DNA from: Paraspadella gotoi
Taxonomy: Eukaryota > Animalia > Chaetognatha
NCBI GenBank assembly: GCA_051294375.1
Contig: CM119271.1
Span: 4,476,876 to 4,540,875, forward strand
Length of the DNA stretch: 64,000 bases
Reading direction: 5' to 3'
In this document: in pieces, positions 51,812-63,907 of the stretch
Position numbering within the stretch: the first letter of the stretch is position 1
How the letters are laid out: the number at the start of each line of letters is the position of its first letter
Translations under genes and position numbers: made by a program
Notes under the pieces: model-generated
Seen by the model: only the letters and a program-made list of their open reading frames with translations
The model's database searches: none
Told to the model about the DNA's origin: nothing

Positions 51812-54800
51812 AGATAACATGATAGATTTCGCTTCAATTCATGACAATATGGCGGATAAGTCGGCCGCGCGGGAGAATAAGGGAGAAGAGACGAGAGAGC
51901 TTGAGAGTTCACGTTGATGGAAATCTTAAGGTAGAGAATCTCCTCGTCGACGTAGACAGAATTGCGACTCGCGGTAAAAACATATAGGGTTCTACGAAGG
52001 AATTAAATAACGGGCTTGCAGTGTAATTTGAACTAGAAAAAAGGGTGAAAAAATATCGACGCGTCTATATAGTAAAAGTAAGTGTGAAGTCGATTAGACG
52101 TTAGTCTGGCCAATGCCGATGTCCGAGACGTGACTTGAGAGATGTTCACTGTCAGGGCAAGTGAAGGCGGAAAATCCATAATGAGTCGATAGGAAAAGAA
52201 CAAAGAATGTCACGAGGCAAATGAACAGATCTGTGGGGCGGAGGTGGGGGGGAGGACTGATCACGTGACGATCACGTGACTCAATCGAGCCGGGGAAAAA
52301 AAGCGAAATCCCGTGAAGGGGATAATCGAATTCCAAGATTCACGCGCAGATTTGAAGTTTGCGGATGTGAATGGAAAAAAATTCAGGATTTGAGGAAAGG
52401 CGTGTGGTTGGGAGAGGGAGGAAGAGAAGAGAAGAGAAGAGAAGAGAAGAAAAGAGAAGACAATATGGAACTTCACAGCAGCTAGGGAGAGCAAAGAAGA
52501 AAAGAGAAAGAGAGAGTAAATGCAAAAAACCGTTTGGGATCTGACTTTGTAGATTTTTGTAGAGAAAAATATAAAAATATAAAAATAATGCTTAATTTAT
52601 AAATAATGTTATTATGGCTTAGGAAGAATCAACCTATACAACTCAACTGGTAACTTTAAAAAAATCTGCAATATGCAAATAAAATTTAAATTTTGACCAC
52701 GTACAAACAGAAAATAATTTAAGCTTCCTCAAACGATTAGCCAAAGCTATTGAATTTTTTTTTTAAATTTACTTTGACGACTCTATGATTAAGCTTAATT
52801 AGGAAAGATTCAACTTAAATACATGTATAAAACAATTATAATGTGTTAAGTAGGATTTTTTAATGTTTCTTATTTGCTTTTTTTTTCGCTTTTGCTACAA
52901 ATTTGTAAAAAGCTGAATATTTATATGCTGCAAGAGGCAGCGAATTACAACAGCAAGATGCTGTACTTCTCGAACTTTTCCCGAAAAACAGATGCTGCGA
53001 GGTTTAACTACATTTGCATTTTTAGTCGCTGTCGGTGAAGTTACAAAGAGAAATACAATCGGCCTTCCCTCCCTTCGGAGGAGAGCGGACGAATTGTAAA
53101 GCAGAATTGTAAAAAAGAAGACGTTAAATTGGCTGAGATTATTGGCTTGAAATGATGGATGTGGTTGGATAGGGTGATTNNNNNNNNNNNNNNNNNNNNN
53201 NNNNNNNNNNNNNNNNNNNNNNNNNNNNNNNNNNNNNNNNNNNNNNNNNNNNNNNNNNNNNNNNNNNNNNNNNNNNNNNNNNNNNNNNNNNNNNNNNNNN
53301 NNNNNNNNNNNNNNNNNNNNNNNNNNNNNNNNNNNNNNNNNNNNNNNNNNNNNNNNNNNNNNNNNNNNNNNNNNNNNNNNNNNNNNNNNNNNNNNNNNNN
53401 NNNNNNNNNNNNNNGAAGTACATACAATCGAAGTACATAAATCGATATATATATGTAATACATATTTTTTCCAACAGTATATACGCGAAGGAGAGCATTC
53501 AAACGGTTGATTTATAAAACCTTTATTTTCAAAATATTCTTTCACATATTTTTTTTTCAGTAGCAAAACCTGCGGAAGACGAAACGAGACGAGCTAACGG
53601 ACTGACAGACAGAATGACTGACAGACCTAAGCTTCTAATATGTTTCCATCGTTGGAGAAAAAAAATATAACTCGACGAATGAGGCGCGAATGTAGCCAAT
53701 GGCCCAACATAAACATTAGACGCGGATGAATTACCGCCAAAGGTTTTCGCTGCGTGACTTTTTTTTTGTGTTTGTGTGTGTGTGTGTGTGAGTGCGTCTC
53801 GTAAAATAACACGCACCGAGTTCTTCGCAAACAAGGGGACAATAAAGAAGAAAAAAAAGGAGAGAAAAAAAGGGAAAAAGGGGGAAAAAAAAGTGGGTAA
53901 AAAAAAAATAGGGAAGCGCAACGAGTTTGTAATTCCGACTTTTTTTTCACAAAAGGAAACATCAACGGACCAGAAAATAAAAACAAGTTTTGAGNNNNNN
54001 NNNNNNNNNNNNNNNNNNNNNNNNNNNNNNNNNNNNNNNNNNNNNNNNNNNNNNNNNNNNNNNNNNNNNNNNNNNNNNNNNNNNNNNNNNNNNNNNNNNN
54101 NNNNNNNNNNNNNNNNNNNNNNNNNNNNNNNNNNNNNNNNNNNNNNNNNNNNNNNNNNNNNNNNNNNNNNNNNNNNNNNNNNNNNNNNNNNNNNNNNNNN
54201 NNNNNNNNNNNNNNNNNNNNNNNNNNNNNNNNNNNNNNNNNNNNNNNNNNNNNNNNNNNNNNNNNNNNNNNNNNNNNNNNNNNNNNNNNNNNNNNNNAAA
54301 ACAAAAGAAAACAAAATAAAAATGAAAAGAAGAAAAGAAAAGAAAAATAAAGGAAAGAAAATCGAAACCCGGAAGGAAAGGAAAAGGGGGAAAAAAAGGT
54401 CGTCTTCGGGTTAAGCGAGTAAAATCGAAGTTTCCAGACAAATATTGGAAAAAGTTGAAGCGTTTGTTTTGATTCGAATTTCCGATTCGCGCGTCCCCTT
54501 TCGCCTTTAGACTTTTTGGCGATTCCCTTTTGTTTCAAGAGGAAGACGTCGCCGGAGTCGTCGTTGTTGTCGTTGTCCGATACGTCATTTGTTGACGAAA
54601 CAGAGTTTAGTGACACGAAAAAGTTTTCGATAAAATATGGAAGAGAAATATGGTCTAATTTTGTTGTTTAAAATATTAATAAATAACAAAAACCACAGTA
54701 TAGTGACAATAAAAGCGTGCTAAACCATCTGACGAACCTAGACTTTCAAGAATCTCACCATGCGATCTGAAACCTGCAAAATACTCGTATCATCATTTCG

Positions 54801-56282
54801 CAGTCGCAATCAACTTCTTTCCCTCGTCGCTCGACCGTAGAGACATCTGCGTAAACGAAAACGAGACTCGGAACGACCGAAGAAAAAAACAAACAAAAGA
54901 ACATGGAGTCGCGACCGGCACTGAATATCCGGGTTACATCCTGGGCTCGATTCGGATACAAATATCCGGGGTTAAATCGGGATGCTATTCGGAAAGAATT
55001 CGGGTTCCGTCCAGGGCTACAACCGGGGCTAAATCCGAGTTACATCCGTTAAAATCGGGGATACATCCGGGTTTAAGTCGTGTTGCATCAGGGTTCAAGT
55101 CGGATCGTACATCCGGGGCTTGCGTCGGAAACCCGATCACGAGTCAGGAAACGAGAGACACGTGGCGTTCACCCGACCTCGCTGAAGATTAGAAGGAGAA
55201 AAAAAAGGAATGGCGGACAAANNNNNNNNNNNNNNNNNNNNNNNNNNNNNNNNNNNNNNNNNNNNNNNNNNNNNNNNNNNNNNNNNNNNNNNNNNNNNNN
55301 NNNNNNNNNNNNNNNNNNNNNNNNNNNNNNNNNNNNNNNNNNNNNNNNNNNNNNNNNNNNNNNNNNNNNNNNNNNNNNNNNNNNNNNNNNNNNNNNNNNN
55401 NNNNNNNNNNNNNNNNNNAGAGAGAGAGAGAGAGAGAGCCCAAAAAAACGATTTGGTTTGGTTTTCCTCGTTTTTCCAACATCCGGTCCGCAACCTCGAC
55501 TTTGTTTTTGTTTAGTCTAGTTTCTTTTAGTCATTTTATTTTCGCCGCAACAAAACAGCGGTTTCGTTGTCGTTGTTTTTCGTCGTCGTCGTTTTTTCTT
55601 AGATTTAAAACGTGACTCTGTCCTCGTCACGTCACCTTCAAACTTGTCTTTGTTTGTTGTTTTTTGTTTTTTTTCAATATCTTTTTTTTTCAGCATCCGC
55701 AATCAATTCCTCGTTTTCCAACACAATTCTAAATTTTTCCTCGGTTGACAGATGCCGCTTTTTTTTTTGTTTCGTGCATCTGTCTTCGACGAGGGCGACA
55801 TCTGTGTCGCTTCGACCCAGGTCACCGTATCATTAATTGCGGAATGGAGACAAACGAGCGTGGAAATAAAAATACATTCGAAGAGAGAGATACTGTCATC
55901 GTCATGTCACGCTCATACTCATGTGATCAAGAGATACACGTGAAAATAAGTCACTCCGCGGCGCAAAACATTGGAATTACCCGTTCTTGGCTTATTTATC
56001 TATTACTGTTTATTTATTTGGCCTTTCTGTTTCTTTCTCTTATCCGCTGTCATTGTGGCGATATTTCACATCATATCGTCATTTTTTTCTTTCTCGACTT
56101 CTCTCTTTGAACCAAATAAAGAAAAGGAACAAAATTCTATTTCGAATCGTCCCATAAAAGAGAATCTTGCTTCTGCCAATTCTGTTGCGGACCGAAGACA
56201 AGAATCAAAATAAAAATGGGCTTGAAATGTGAAAAGCGTGACACTGGCCACAATCAAAAGGAGATGAGAGAAGAAGGAAGAG

Positions 56283-56313
<31 letters not shown>

Positions 56314-56314
56314 T

Positions 56315-56348
<34 letters not shown>

Positions 56349-56499
56349 AAGAGAGGAGAGAGCGCGGGGGGTAGCATGAATTCAAAATGAACGTCCAATG
56401 ATGGGGATGAAAGAATTTCCGCACGATTTTCAACTCCGGAGAGAGTCTTTAAACAAAGAATAGAGGCCCTCTGAGAGAGAGACGAGAGATGAGAGAGAG

Positions 56500-56540
<41 letters not shown>

Positions 56541-57611
56541 AGAGAAGAGAGGAGAGAGTCTGAGAGAGAGAGACAGACAGACAGACAAACAGAGAACCTA
56601 CAAAAACAGACCAAAGGGAGAAAACAAAAGCAAGACAAATAGACATACAGATAACTACTATTATTTTATGAAAGGAAGATTGCCCCACAAAAGGGGAAAA
56701 GGGCATTTGATGACGTCCGCGCGTTATTTCGACAGACCGCCAATGATGGAGACGACGACGACGAACGACGACGACCGACCATGACTCGGACGAGACCTTT
56801 ATTATTTTTTTAAAAGAATATTCGGCAACCGCGAAATGGCAAATGAAACGCGCGCACACGACAAAGTTTAAAGCTTATTCTCGTCTCTCTGCTCTCTTCT
56901 CTCTCTCTCTCTCGTCTCTCATCTCTCTCTCTCTCTCCTCTCTTCCTCTCTCTCTCTCTTCTCTCTCATCTCTCTCTCTCTTCCCTCCCTGNNNNNNNNN
57001 NNNNNNNNNNNNNNNNNNNNNNNNNNNNNNNNNNNNNNNNNNNNNNNNNNNNNNNNNNNNNNNNNNNNNNNNNNNNNNNNNNNNNNNNNNNNNNNNNNNN
57101 NNNNNNNNNNNNNNNNNNNNNNNNNNNNNNNNNNNNNNNNNNNNNNNNNNNNNNNNNNNNNNNNNNNNNNNNNNNNNNNNNNNNNNNNNNNNNNNNNNNN
57201 NNNNNNNNNNNNNNNNNNNNNNNNNNNNNNNNNNNNNNNNNNNNNNNNNNNNNNNNNNNNNNNNNNNNNNNNNNNNNNNNNNNNNNNNNNNNNNNNNNNN
57301 NNNNNNNNNNNNNNNNNNGATGGGCGGTCTCATTGTCCGTGTTTGCGCAACTTCTTAGCGCAGAGGAAATAAACAAATGGACTGTGGCGACTCGAGGCGC
57401 TGCTCTCCGAGGTCGCTGCTTGCTTTTCTGCGGCGCTGCTTGCTCTCTGACGGCGCCGATGGCTCTCTGTCGGCGCTTCAAGTTTTCTGGAGGCGGTGCT
57501 TGCTCTCTGGTGGCGCCGCTCCGTCTCTGACAGTCTCTATGAGCGACGTGACTCGACTACGACTTACGCGAGATGTCGTGACGGTTTAATTCAATTGAGA
57601 TTTTTCCTTTG

Positions 57612-57688
<77 letters not shown>

Positions 57689-57754
57689 TTCCCGCAATGT
57701 CACTCTGACATGAAGACTTAAAAGAAAAGGACGAGAAAAGATGCGAAATGGAGA

Positions 57755-57870
57755 GTTTAGTTTAGTTTAGTTTAGTTTAGTTTAGTTTAGTTTAGTTTAG
57801 TTTAATTTAGATTAATTTAGTTTAGTTTAGTTTAATTTAATTTAGTTAAGTTTAGTTTAGCTTAATTTAG
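57755..57870. repeat. (GTTTA)n pentanucleotide microsatellite
   Basis: Direct reading. Confidence 0.95.
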
Positions 57871-57944
57871 AGACATAGAAAGGTTTATTTTTAAAAAATA
57901 TGTTTCATTAACTTCGATTAAACATTTTCAATTACAAATTTATT

Positions 57945-60900
57945 CGTCACTTCGTGTTCTTCCATCCTTCTTTCCCATCGTCCAGTTACTTTTTTTTACA
58001 CTTCCTACAGTTCCTGCGCTAGTCCCCCCATTACACTCATCCCTCCCTCTCCTTCTCCCCCTTTCCTCCCTGCCTCCTCCCCCTTCTCCTCCCTCCTTTC
58101 TCCCTCCCTCTTCCCCTTTTCCTCCCTCTCTTTTCCCCATCTCCCCTCTTCCCCTTTTCCCTCCTCCCATCCTTCCCTCCTTCCCTCCCTCTCTCTTCCC
58201 CTTTCCCTACTCCCCTTTCTCCCCCCTTCCCTCCCTTCCCTTCTTCCCCCCCTCCCTACCTCCCCCCCTCCCACCCCCTCTCCTCACCGGACGTATTACG
58301 AGTTTGCTCTCAATCCTTCTTCTTCCTTCTTCGAAGATCGTCTTCCCGCGGCGACGCCCTTCTTTCCCACGCGCCACGTCGAACGCGCGGCTGGACTCTG
58401 TTCCGGGTTCGGCCAGCGTCGCCGCGCAGCGGAACCGGCGTTCCACGTGTTCGCGGACCGCGTGACGCGGCGCGGGCTGTGACGGCGGTACCGTGAGAGT
58501 GGACATGCGGAGCTGAATGGACGCCGTTGCGGGGCGGAGAGGGATCGGGCGGGCGGGAATTCGGGGCGGAGAGGGGCGCGCTTGGTGGAGGGGCGATGTT
58601 GTTTTTTTGGGGGGGGCGGGGGAATGGAAATGAAATTTAAATGTAGATAAAAAATTAGTAATAAAAAACTCCTATTTATTCCCCGCCCAAAAAAAAAAGC
58701 ATATGCCTCTTTCCCTCATTTTTTATGCGATTTCCAAAAAAGTGTGAATTTGTTGTTATTGACTATATATTATTTACAGAACGGAGAGGCAGGCTGACAG
58801 ACAAAGAGACAGACGGATAGCACGTGATCTAAAAGCGTCTTAATGAGTCGCGTGTCGATGCGACTAAAAAACTTTTAATCAATGTGTTTTTCCTATGAAA
58901 AGAAATACGAACATTACAACGGACAAACGACGACAACAACTTGTATCAGACGCTCAATAGCAGCTTGAGATTCCGCCGATTCGCTTCTTGGCTTCCCGCC
59001 AACGCACGAGAACATCTTGGCTCCTTATTCCAAGTTTTTTCATGAAATTGAAACACAAAGATGTCGAGCGAAAGAGAAAAAAATCACCCCGATCGATGAA
59101 AAAGAAAGTAAAAAAAGATTAAAGACTTCGAGAATATTTTTTATTCAGCGTGTATAGAAAAGACAGTGTCAGTCGCGGAATCGTGTCGAGAGTTGGGATA
59201 GAAAATATAATATGATAAGATATTGAGAGAAGAGAGAGAGTAGAGAGAGAGAGAGAGGAGAGAGAAGATGATTTAAGAGAGAAGAGAGAAGTAAGTAGAG
59301 AGAACGAGAAGAGGGAGAAACAGAACTATTATGAGTTATATTCGTGCATACACAGCTTTAAAGCTCTATAAATACTCAACAAAACACAGCAATTATAATA
59401 ATAATCATTCAAATACTAACAAGATTTTCTTTAAAAGATTCTCGCGTTTGATAAATCCTACAGATGCAAACAGCACAAATTCCACACCTCCCTTCTCTTT
59501 TGCCAAATTATTAAAACTCAATCCCTCGCCACCTCCCTCACTCCTCCACGTTCCTTGCATCCCCCAACTCTTCTCATCCCCCCCACCCGCCATCCACCGC
59601 GAAAGCTGCCCTCTTNNNNNNNNNNNNNNNNNNNNNNNNNCAAATTCCAATCACTCATTCGACTTCGTGTTCTTCCATCCTTTTTCCCATCGTCCAGTTA
59701 CTTTTATTTTCCCTTCCTCATCAGTTCCCTGGCCTTCCCCCCATTACATCATCCCTCCCTCTCCTTTCTCCCCCTTTCCTCCCTGCCTCCTCCCCCTTCT
59801 CCTCCCTCCTTTCTCCCTCCCTCTTCCCTTTTCCTCCCTTCTTTTCCCCTTCCCCTCTTCCCTTTCTCCTCCCCCTCCTCCCTCCTCTTCCCTCCCTCTC
59901 TCTTCCCCTTTCCTCTCCCCTTCCTCCCCCTTCCTCCCTTCCCTTCTTCCCCTCCCTACCTCCCCCCCTCCCACCCCCCTCCTCAACCCGACGTATTCGA
60001 AGGTTTGCTCTCAATCCTTCTTCTTCCTTCTTCGAAGATCGTCTTTCCCGCGGCGACGCCCTCTTTTCCCACGCGCCAGTCGAACGGCGGCGTGGACTTC
60101 CTGGTCCGGGTTCGGCCAGCGTCGCCGCGCACGCGAACCGGCGTTCCCACGTGTTCGCGGACCGGTGACGCGGCGCACGGCGGGTACGTCCCGTGGAGAG
60201 TGGACATGCGGAAGCTGATGGACGCGTTGGAGGCGCGAGGAGGCGGGCGGGCGGGAATTCGGGGCGGAAGGTGGCTGCTGTTTGGAGTAGGCATGCGTTT
60301 TCCAAAAAAGTATCTTTAGGATATTTGGGATGTTTGTTTTTTTGAGGGCTGGGCGAGTTTAAGGGTATGGAAATGGACCATTTACAATGGATTTAGACTT
60401 AAGAACATCACTCTAAAGTATATTAAAAAATCCATGTATATTAATCCCTCTTCCCAAAAAAAAAGCAAATATCGGCCTACATTTCGCTGCTAACTCATTT
60501 TATGGACGCGCAGTTTCTGCGCTCTAAAATTGTGTGAATTTGTTTATGCGTTCACTTTGTTAGTTATTACTACTTTACAGGATACTGGAGAGGCATGCTG
60601 TAGTGTTTGATGAGAATCAGACAAATGGAAGGTGACAGCATCGGATTAGACGTTGGATTCGCTTAAGTGTAGGCGTGCTTAATAGATGTCGGCTTGTGTG
60701 CTCTCTCGGACTCTCGCGCACACTCTAAAAAAACTTTTAATCAATGTGCTTTTTCCCCTACAGTTGAAAAGATAATTGACGTAACATTTACAACGGTAAC
60801 ATACGCCGACGAAAAAAACTTGTTATCAGACGCTTCATAAGCAGGGCTGAGATTCCTTTCGCCGATTCGCTTCTATGGTACTTCTCTCGCCAACGACAAC

Positions 60901-61300
60901 TCGAGAAACTATCTTGGCTCCTTAGCTTCCTCGATGTATTGTCTCCTCATGAATATGTGTGGATAATAAAAGAGACTTATCTCGACGTCTCTTGATAAAA
61001 GAAAACAATATGACAAGATTATTCCGCGTTTATCGCTCTGCTTATACATATGTGCAGATATAGATGTGTATATTATAAGAATTAAGGAAAAAACAAGATG
61101 TATATATAAACTGCGTGAACAACTAACTTATTTTATTTCAGGGTGAGAAATAAAGATTGTTTTCTCTAGTTCGCTGGAACGTTGTCGATGAGATTTGCGT
61201 TAATACAGGATAAATACGAAGACAAGTTTTCAATACATATTAATTATAATAGAAGATGAAGGTGATACGAGAGATATGATGCCAGATTCAGCGCGACGAT
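57945..61300. repeat. Direct duplication across a 25-N gap (about 57945-59300 vs 59655-61300)
   Basis: Shared acttcgtgttcttccatcc start, C/T-rich tract, GC-rich exon, and aaaacttttaatcaatgtg. Confidence 0.85.
59988..60214 (-). CDS. IgSF gene exon: D2 (C2-type) strands A-E, noisy; second noisy copy at about 58288-58512
   Basis: atcag|C TTC CGC..., 227 nt, phase 2 to 1, joining both neighbours in frame. Reconciling the two indel-bearing copies gives roughly VREHVERRFACAATLAEPG...W..EGVAAGKTIFEEGRRRIESKLxIR (B-strand Cys, Trp, E-strand SxLxI). Exact residues are uncertain. Confidence 0.65.
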
Positions 61301-61649
61301 GCAGTATTACGAGAACAATGAGACATAACCAGTAGTGATTCTGAGACTCTCTTTTGGAACGATTTAAATCGTGAACCTGAGGAGAGTGACAGACTGAGAG
61401 GAGATTGATGGAGAGAGATCGCGCAGGAGAGGAAGAGAGTATGCCATAGCAGGAGGCCCTATAAACTTGCAGGGGCTTTAAAAGCCACACTCACGAGAAA
61501 TATTTAACTAAGTTCTTTAAGTTTTCCCGGTCGGAAAACACACACATAGGACACAACATATTCTTCAGACCTCCCTACCTACCCGAAAAAATGACTCATC
61601 ATCCCCCAGCTCGCCGTCCACACACGTCCTGGTCTTACCCTGATGCCGC

Positions 61650-63800
61650 CCCCAAACCTCATCGCCGTTCGCAAAAGGTCACCGCGCGCCACCGCGGCCG
61701 TGGCACCGCTGCCGACTGAAGACAAGGTACGCTAGAGTCATGTCTCGGAAAGATGTGTTGAATGACCGTCAACCAGAAGTAGAGATATATACGTGGTACT
61801 GATCTGTTGCCACTCCTAGCAGAGAACGCAACACGAGAGTGCTCGCAAGAGCTTTGAGAAGAGTAGATCTCTGATACTAGCAGAGCGACACAAATATTTG
61901 AAATGCCGAGACAGAGATATCGGCCTTAATAAGACGTGCAAATGTTCACGCGTACTATTAACAAAAGGAAGGTGTAAAATGTAAGTACTCTCGAAACCGC
62001 GGAGACGTCTCGATTTCACAGGCTATCTCTCGGTGGGAGCAAGAGAGGATCTCCGTCCTCCTTAATGGTCCTTGACAAATTATGGTGTGGGATGAGAGTT
62101 GAACGCCGTGTTGTAAGGAATCCCTTTTGAGGGTTTCGCGAGACCCACGGATATAGGAGGTTTTAGTTAACTATGGTGTTGATGAGTAGAGTTCTAGTGA
62201 TTTGTGTAATGGTTTTGAAATGGTATTTGTTCCACCGTTTTCAAATGATGATCGATTGGTATAGTGTGTTTCATGGATATCGGGATTGCATGATATTGAA
62301 GATTTATTGATGACATAATTTTGATTATTTACATGTTTGTATGACGAATTATGACTTTACTGACGGAAAAAAGTATTAGTGATGAGGATCAAGAGATGGA
62401 CCATATGTTATATGAGTACGGGTGAATAAAAGCATGAAGGAGAATGAATGAATGTGATTAATACTAAACTAATGGGATATAAATTAATCATCAAATGAAA
62501 AAAGGCTTTAAACTTCAATGCCAAATCCTAGCGCCACAAACGCCATATTTACATCCACGGCACTTTACCCTCATGTTAAGACAGAGCCATCTATTTTTAT
62601 ACTTGTTCTTAACTTTTTCTGCTTGTTTAGCCCCAGTTTTTGTAATTATGAGACTTATTGCTATTATAGAGGCCGTAACACAAAACTCTCATCTCCCTAG
62701 TCTCTGAAAAATACGCGATAAAAAACCACAGACCCTTAACCTTCAATTTGCATTATCCTCAGTTAAAAACTATATGTAAACTATTTCTTTGCTCCATAAT
62801 AGATAGATAATCATTTTTTATATACTTAATTCTAATAATTCTCTCTCTCATAGGTGTATAATGCAATCAATGTGTCTTGCTCTTTTTTCAACGTTGACTC
62901 TCTCTCGATTCTAATAATTCAAACCAACCAATCATTAAATTCGGGACGCTAGACTACATAAATTATAAGAATAGCGAGACACTCTCGAGTGCTGTATATA
63001 GACATACAACGAGATCTTTATATACAAGGTTAGCTCTGTAATCAATTTAAATCTGAGAATACAACTAATTCTCCTGGCTCCTCATTGTGTTCGCCGCCTC
63101 ACCCGCTGGCGCTGAAACAGGTCGGCGTCTCGATGACCGTCAACCAGAAGACGTTGTCTCTGTTGCACATGAACTTGGAGGCGTCTTTGATCTTGGCGAA
63201 CTTGACCGAGAGTCGGTAGAGAGTCCCGACTTGGGAAAAGACGAACCGAGACTCGTCCACTTCGGGGAGAGGGTCCGTCCCGTAGGCGAGGGGGAGGAGT
63301 TGACCGTTGGACTCCTTTGGGGGGCGGGGTTAGAATTGGGTTGGAGAGGATCTTTAATGGATGGATGAATGAATGGATGGATGAATGGATGAATGAAAGA
63401 ATGAATGAATGAATGAATGAATGAATGAATGAATGAATGAATGATTAAACTAATGAATAAATCAATCAATCAATAAAAAAGTAAAACTTAATGCCATCTA
63501 GCGCCACATTAATGCCACGCCTACCCTGTAGCGAGACACTTTTTTTAATTGTTTAACTTTTCTTTGTTTGCCCAGTTTTTGATAAGACTATCTTTAGAGG
63601 GAAAAACTCTCTCAGTCTAAAGAAAAAAGAATTATTTGTAATTTTCTTGCAAAGAAGAATCTTTTTTATACTATCAAATCAGTGAAATCAATCAATGTTT
63701 GCTTTTTACAACTGAATCAATCAAATCAAATCATATCGGGACGCTACATTATAAGAAGAGACACAGGAACAATCATTATCAGTTAGCTCTGTAAAATAAA
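61650..63800. repeat. Very noisy expanded copy (about 61650-63065) of about 63090-63800
   Basis: Shared atgaccgtcaaccagaag, ctagcgccaca, tcgggacgcta and gttagctctgtaa in the same order. Confidence 0.7.
63103..63314 (-). CDS. IgSF gene exon: second half of V-set D1 and start of D2
   Basis: aag|GAG...AGCGG|gtgagg, 212 nt, phase 0 to 2. Translation ESNGQLLPLAYGTDPLPEVDESRFVFSQVGTLYRLSVKFAKIKDASKFMCNRDNVFWLTVIETPTCFSASG fits the V-set pattern RF...YxLxV...DxxxFxC...LTV. Confidence 0.85.
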
Positions 63801-63907
63801 AATAATAAACCTTCAAAGGCAAAAGAACAGAATCTTCGAGAAAATATAATCAAAATACGACAATATGCAAATGAGATCGATGGACGATCCCCTTTAAAAA
63901 TGATCAC

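Larger units (their letters stand above)
41410..55220. repeat. Interleaved inverted duplications around the 25-N gap at 47589-47613
   Basis: About 41410-42730 is the reverse complement of about 47614-49080. About 43880-47580 is the reverse complement of about 51550-55220 (e.g. ccttaagatttccatcaacgtg / cacgttgatggaaatcttaagg). Confidence 0.85.

Noticed and set aside
59331-60319. Plus-strand 254-295-aa Pro/Ser/Leu-rich ORFs
   Set aside because: A low-complexity C/T tract plus the antisense of the Ig exon, spanning an N gap.
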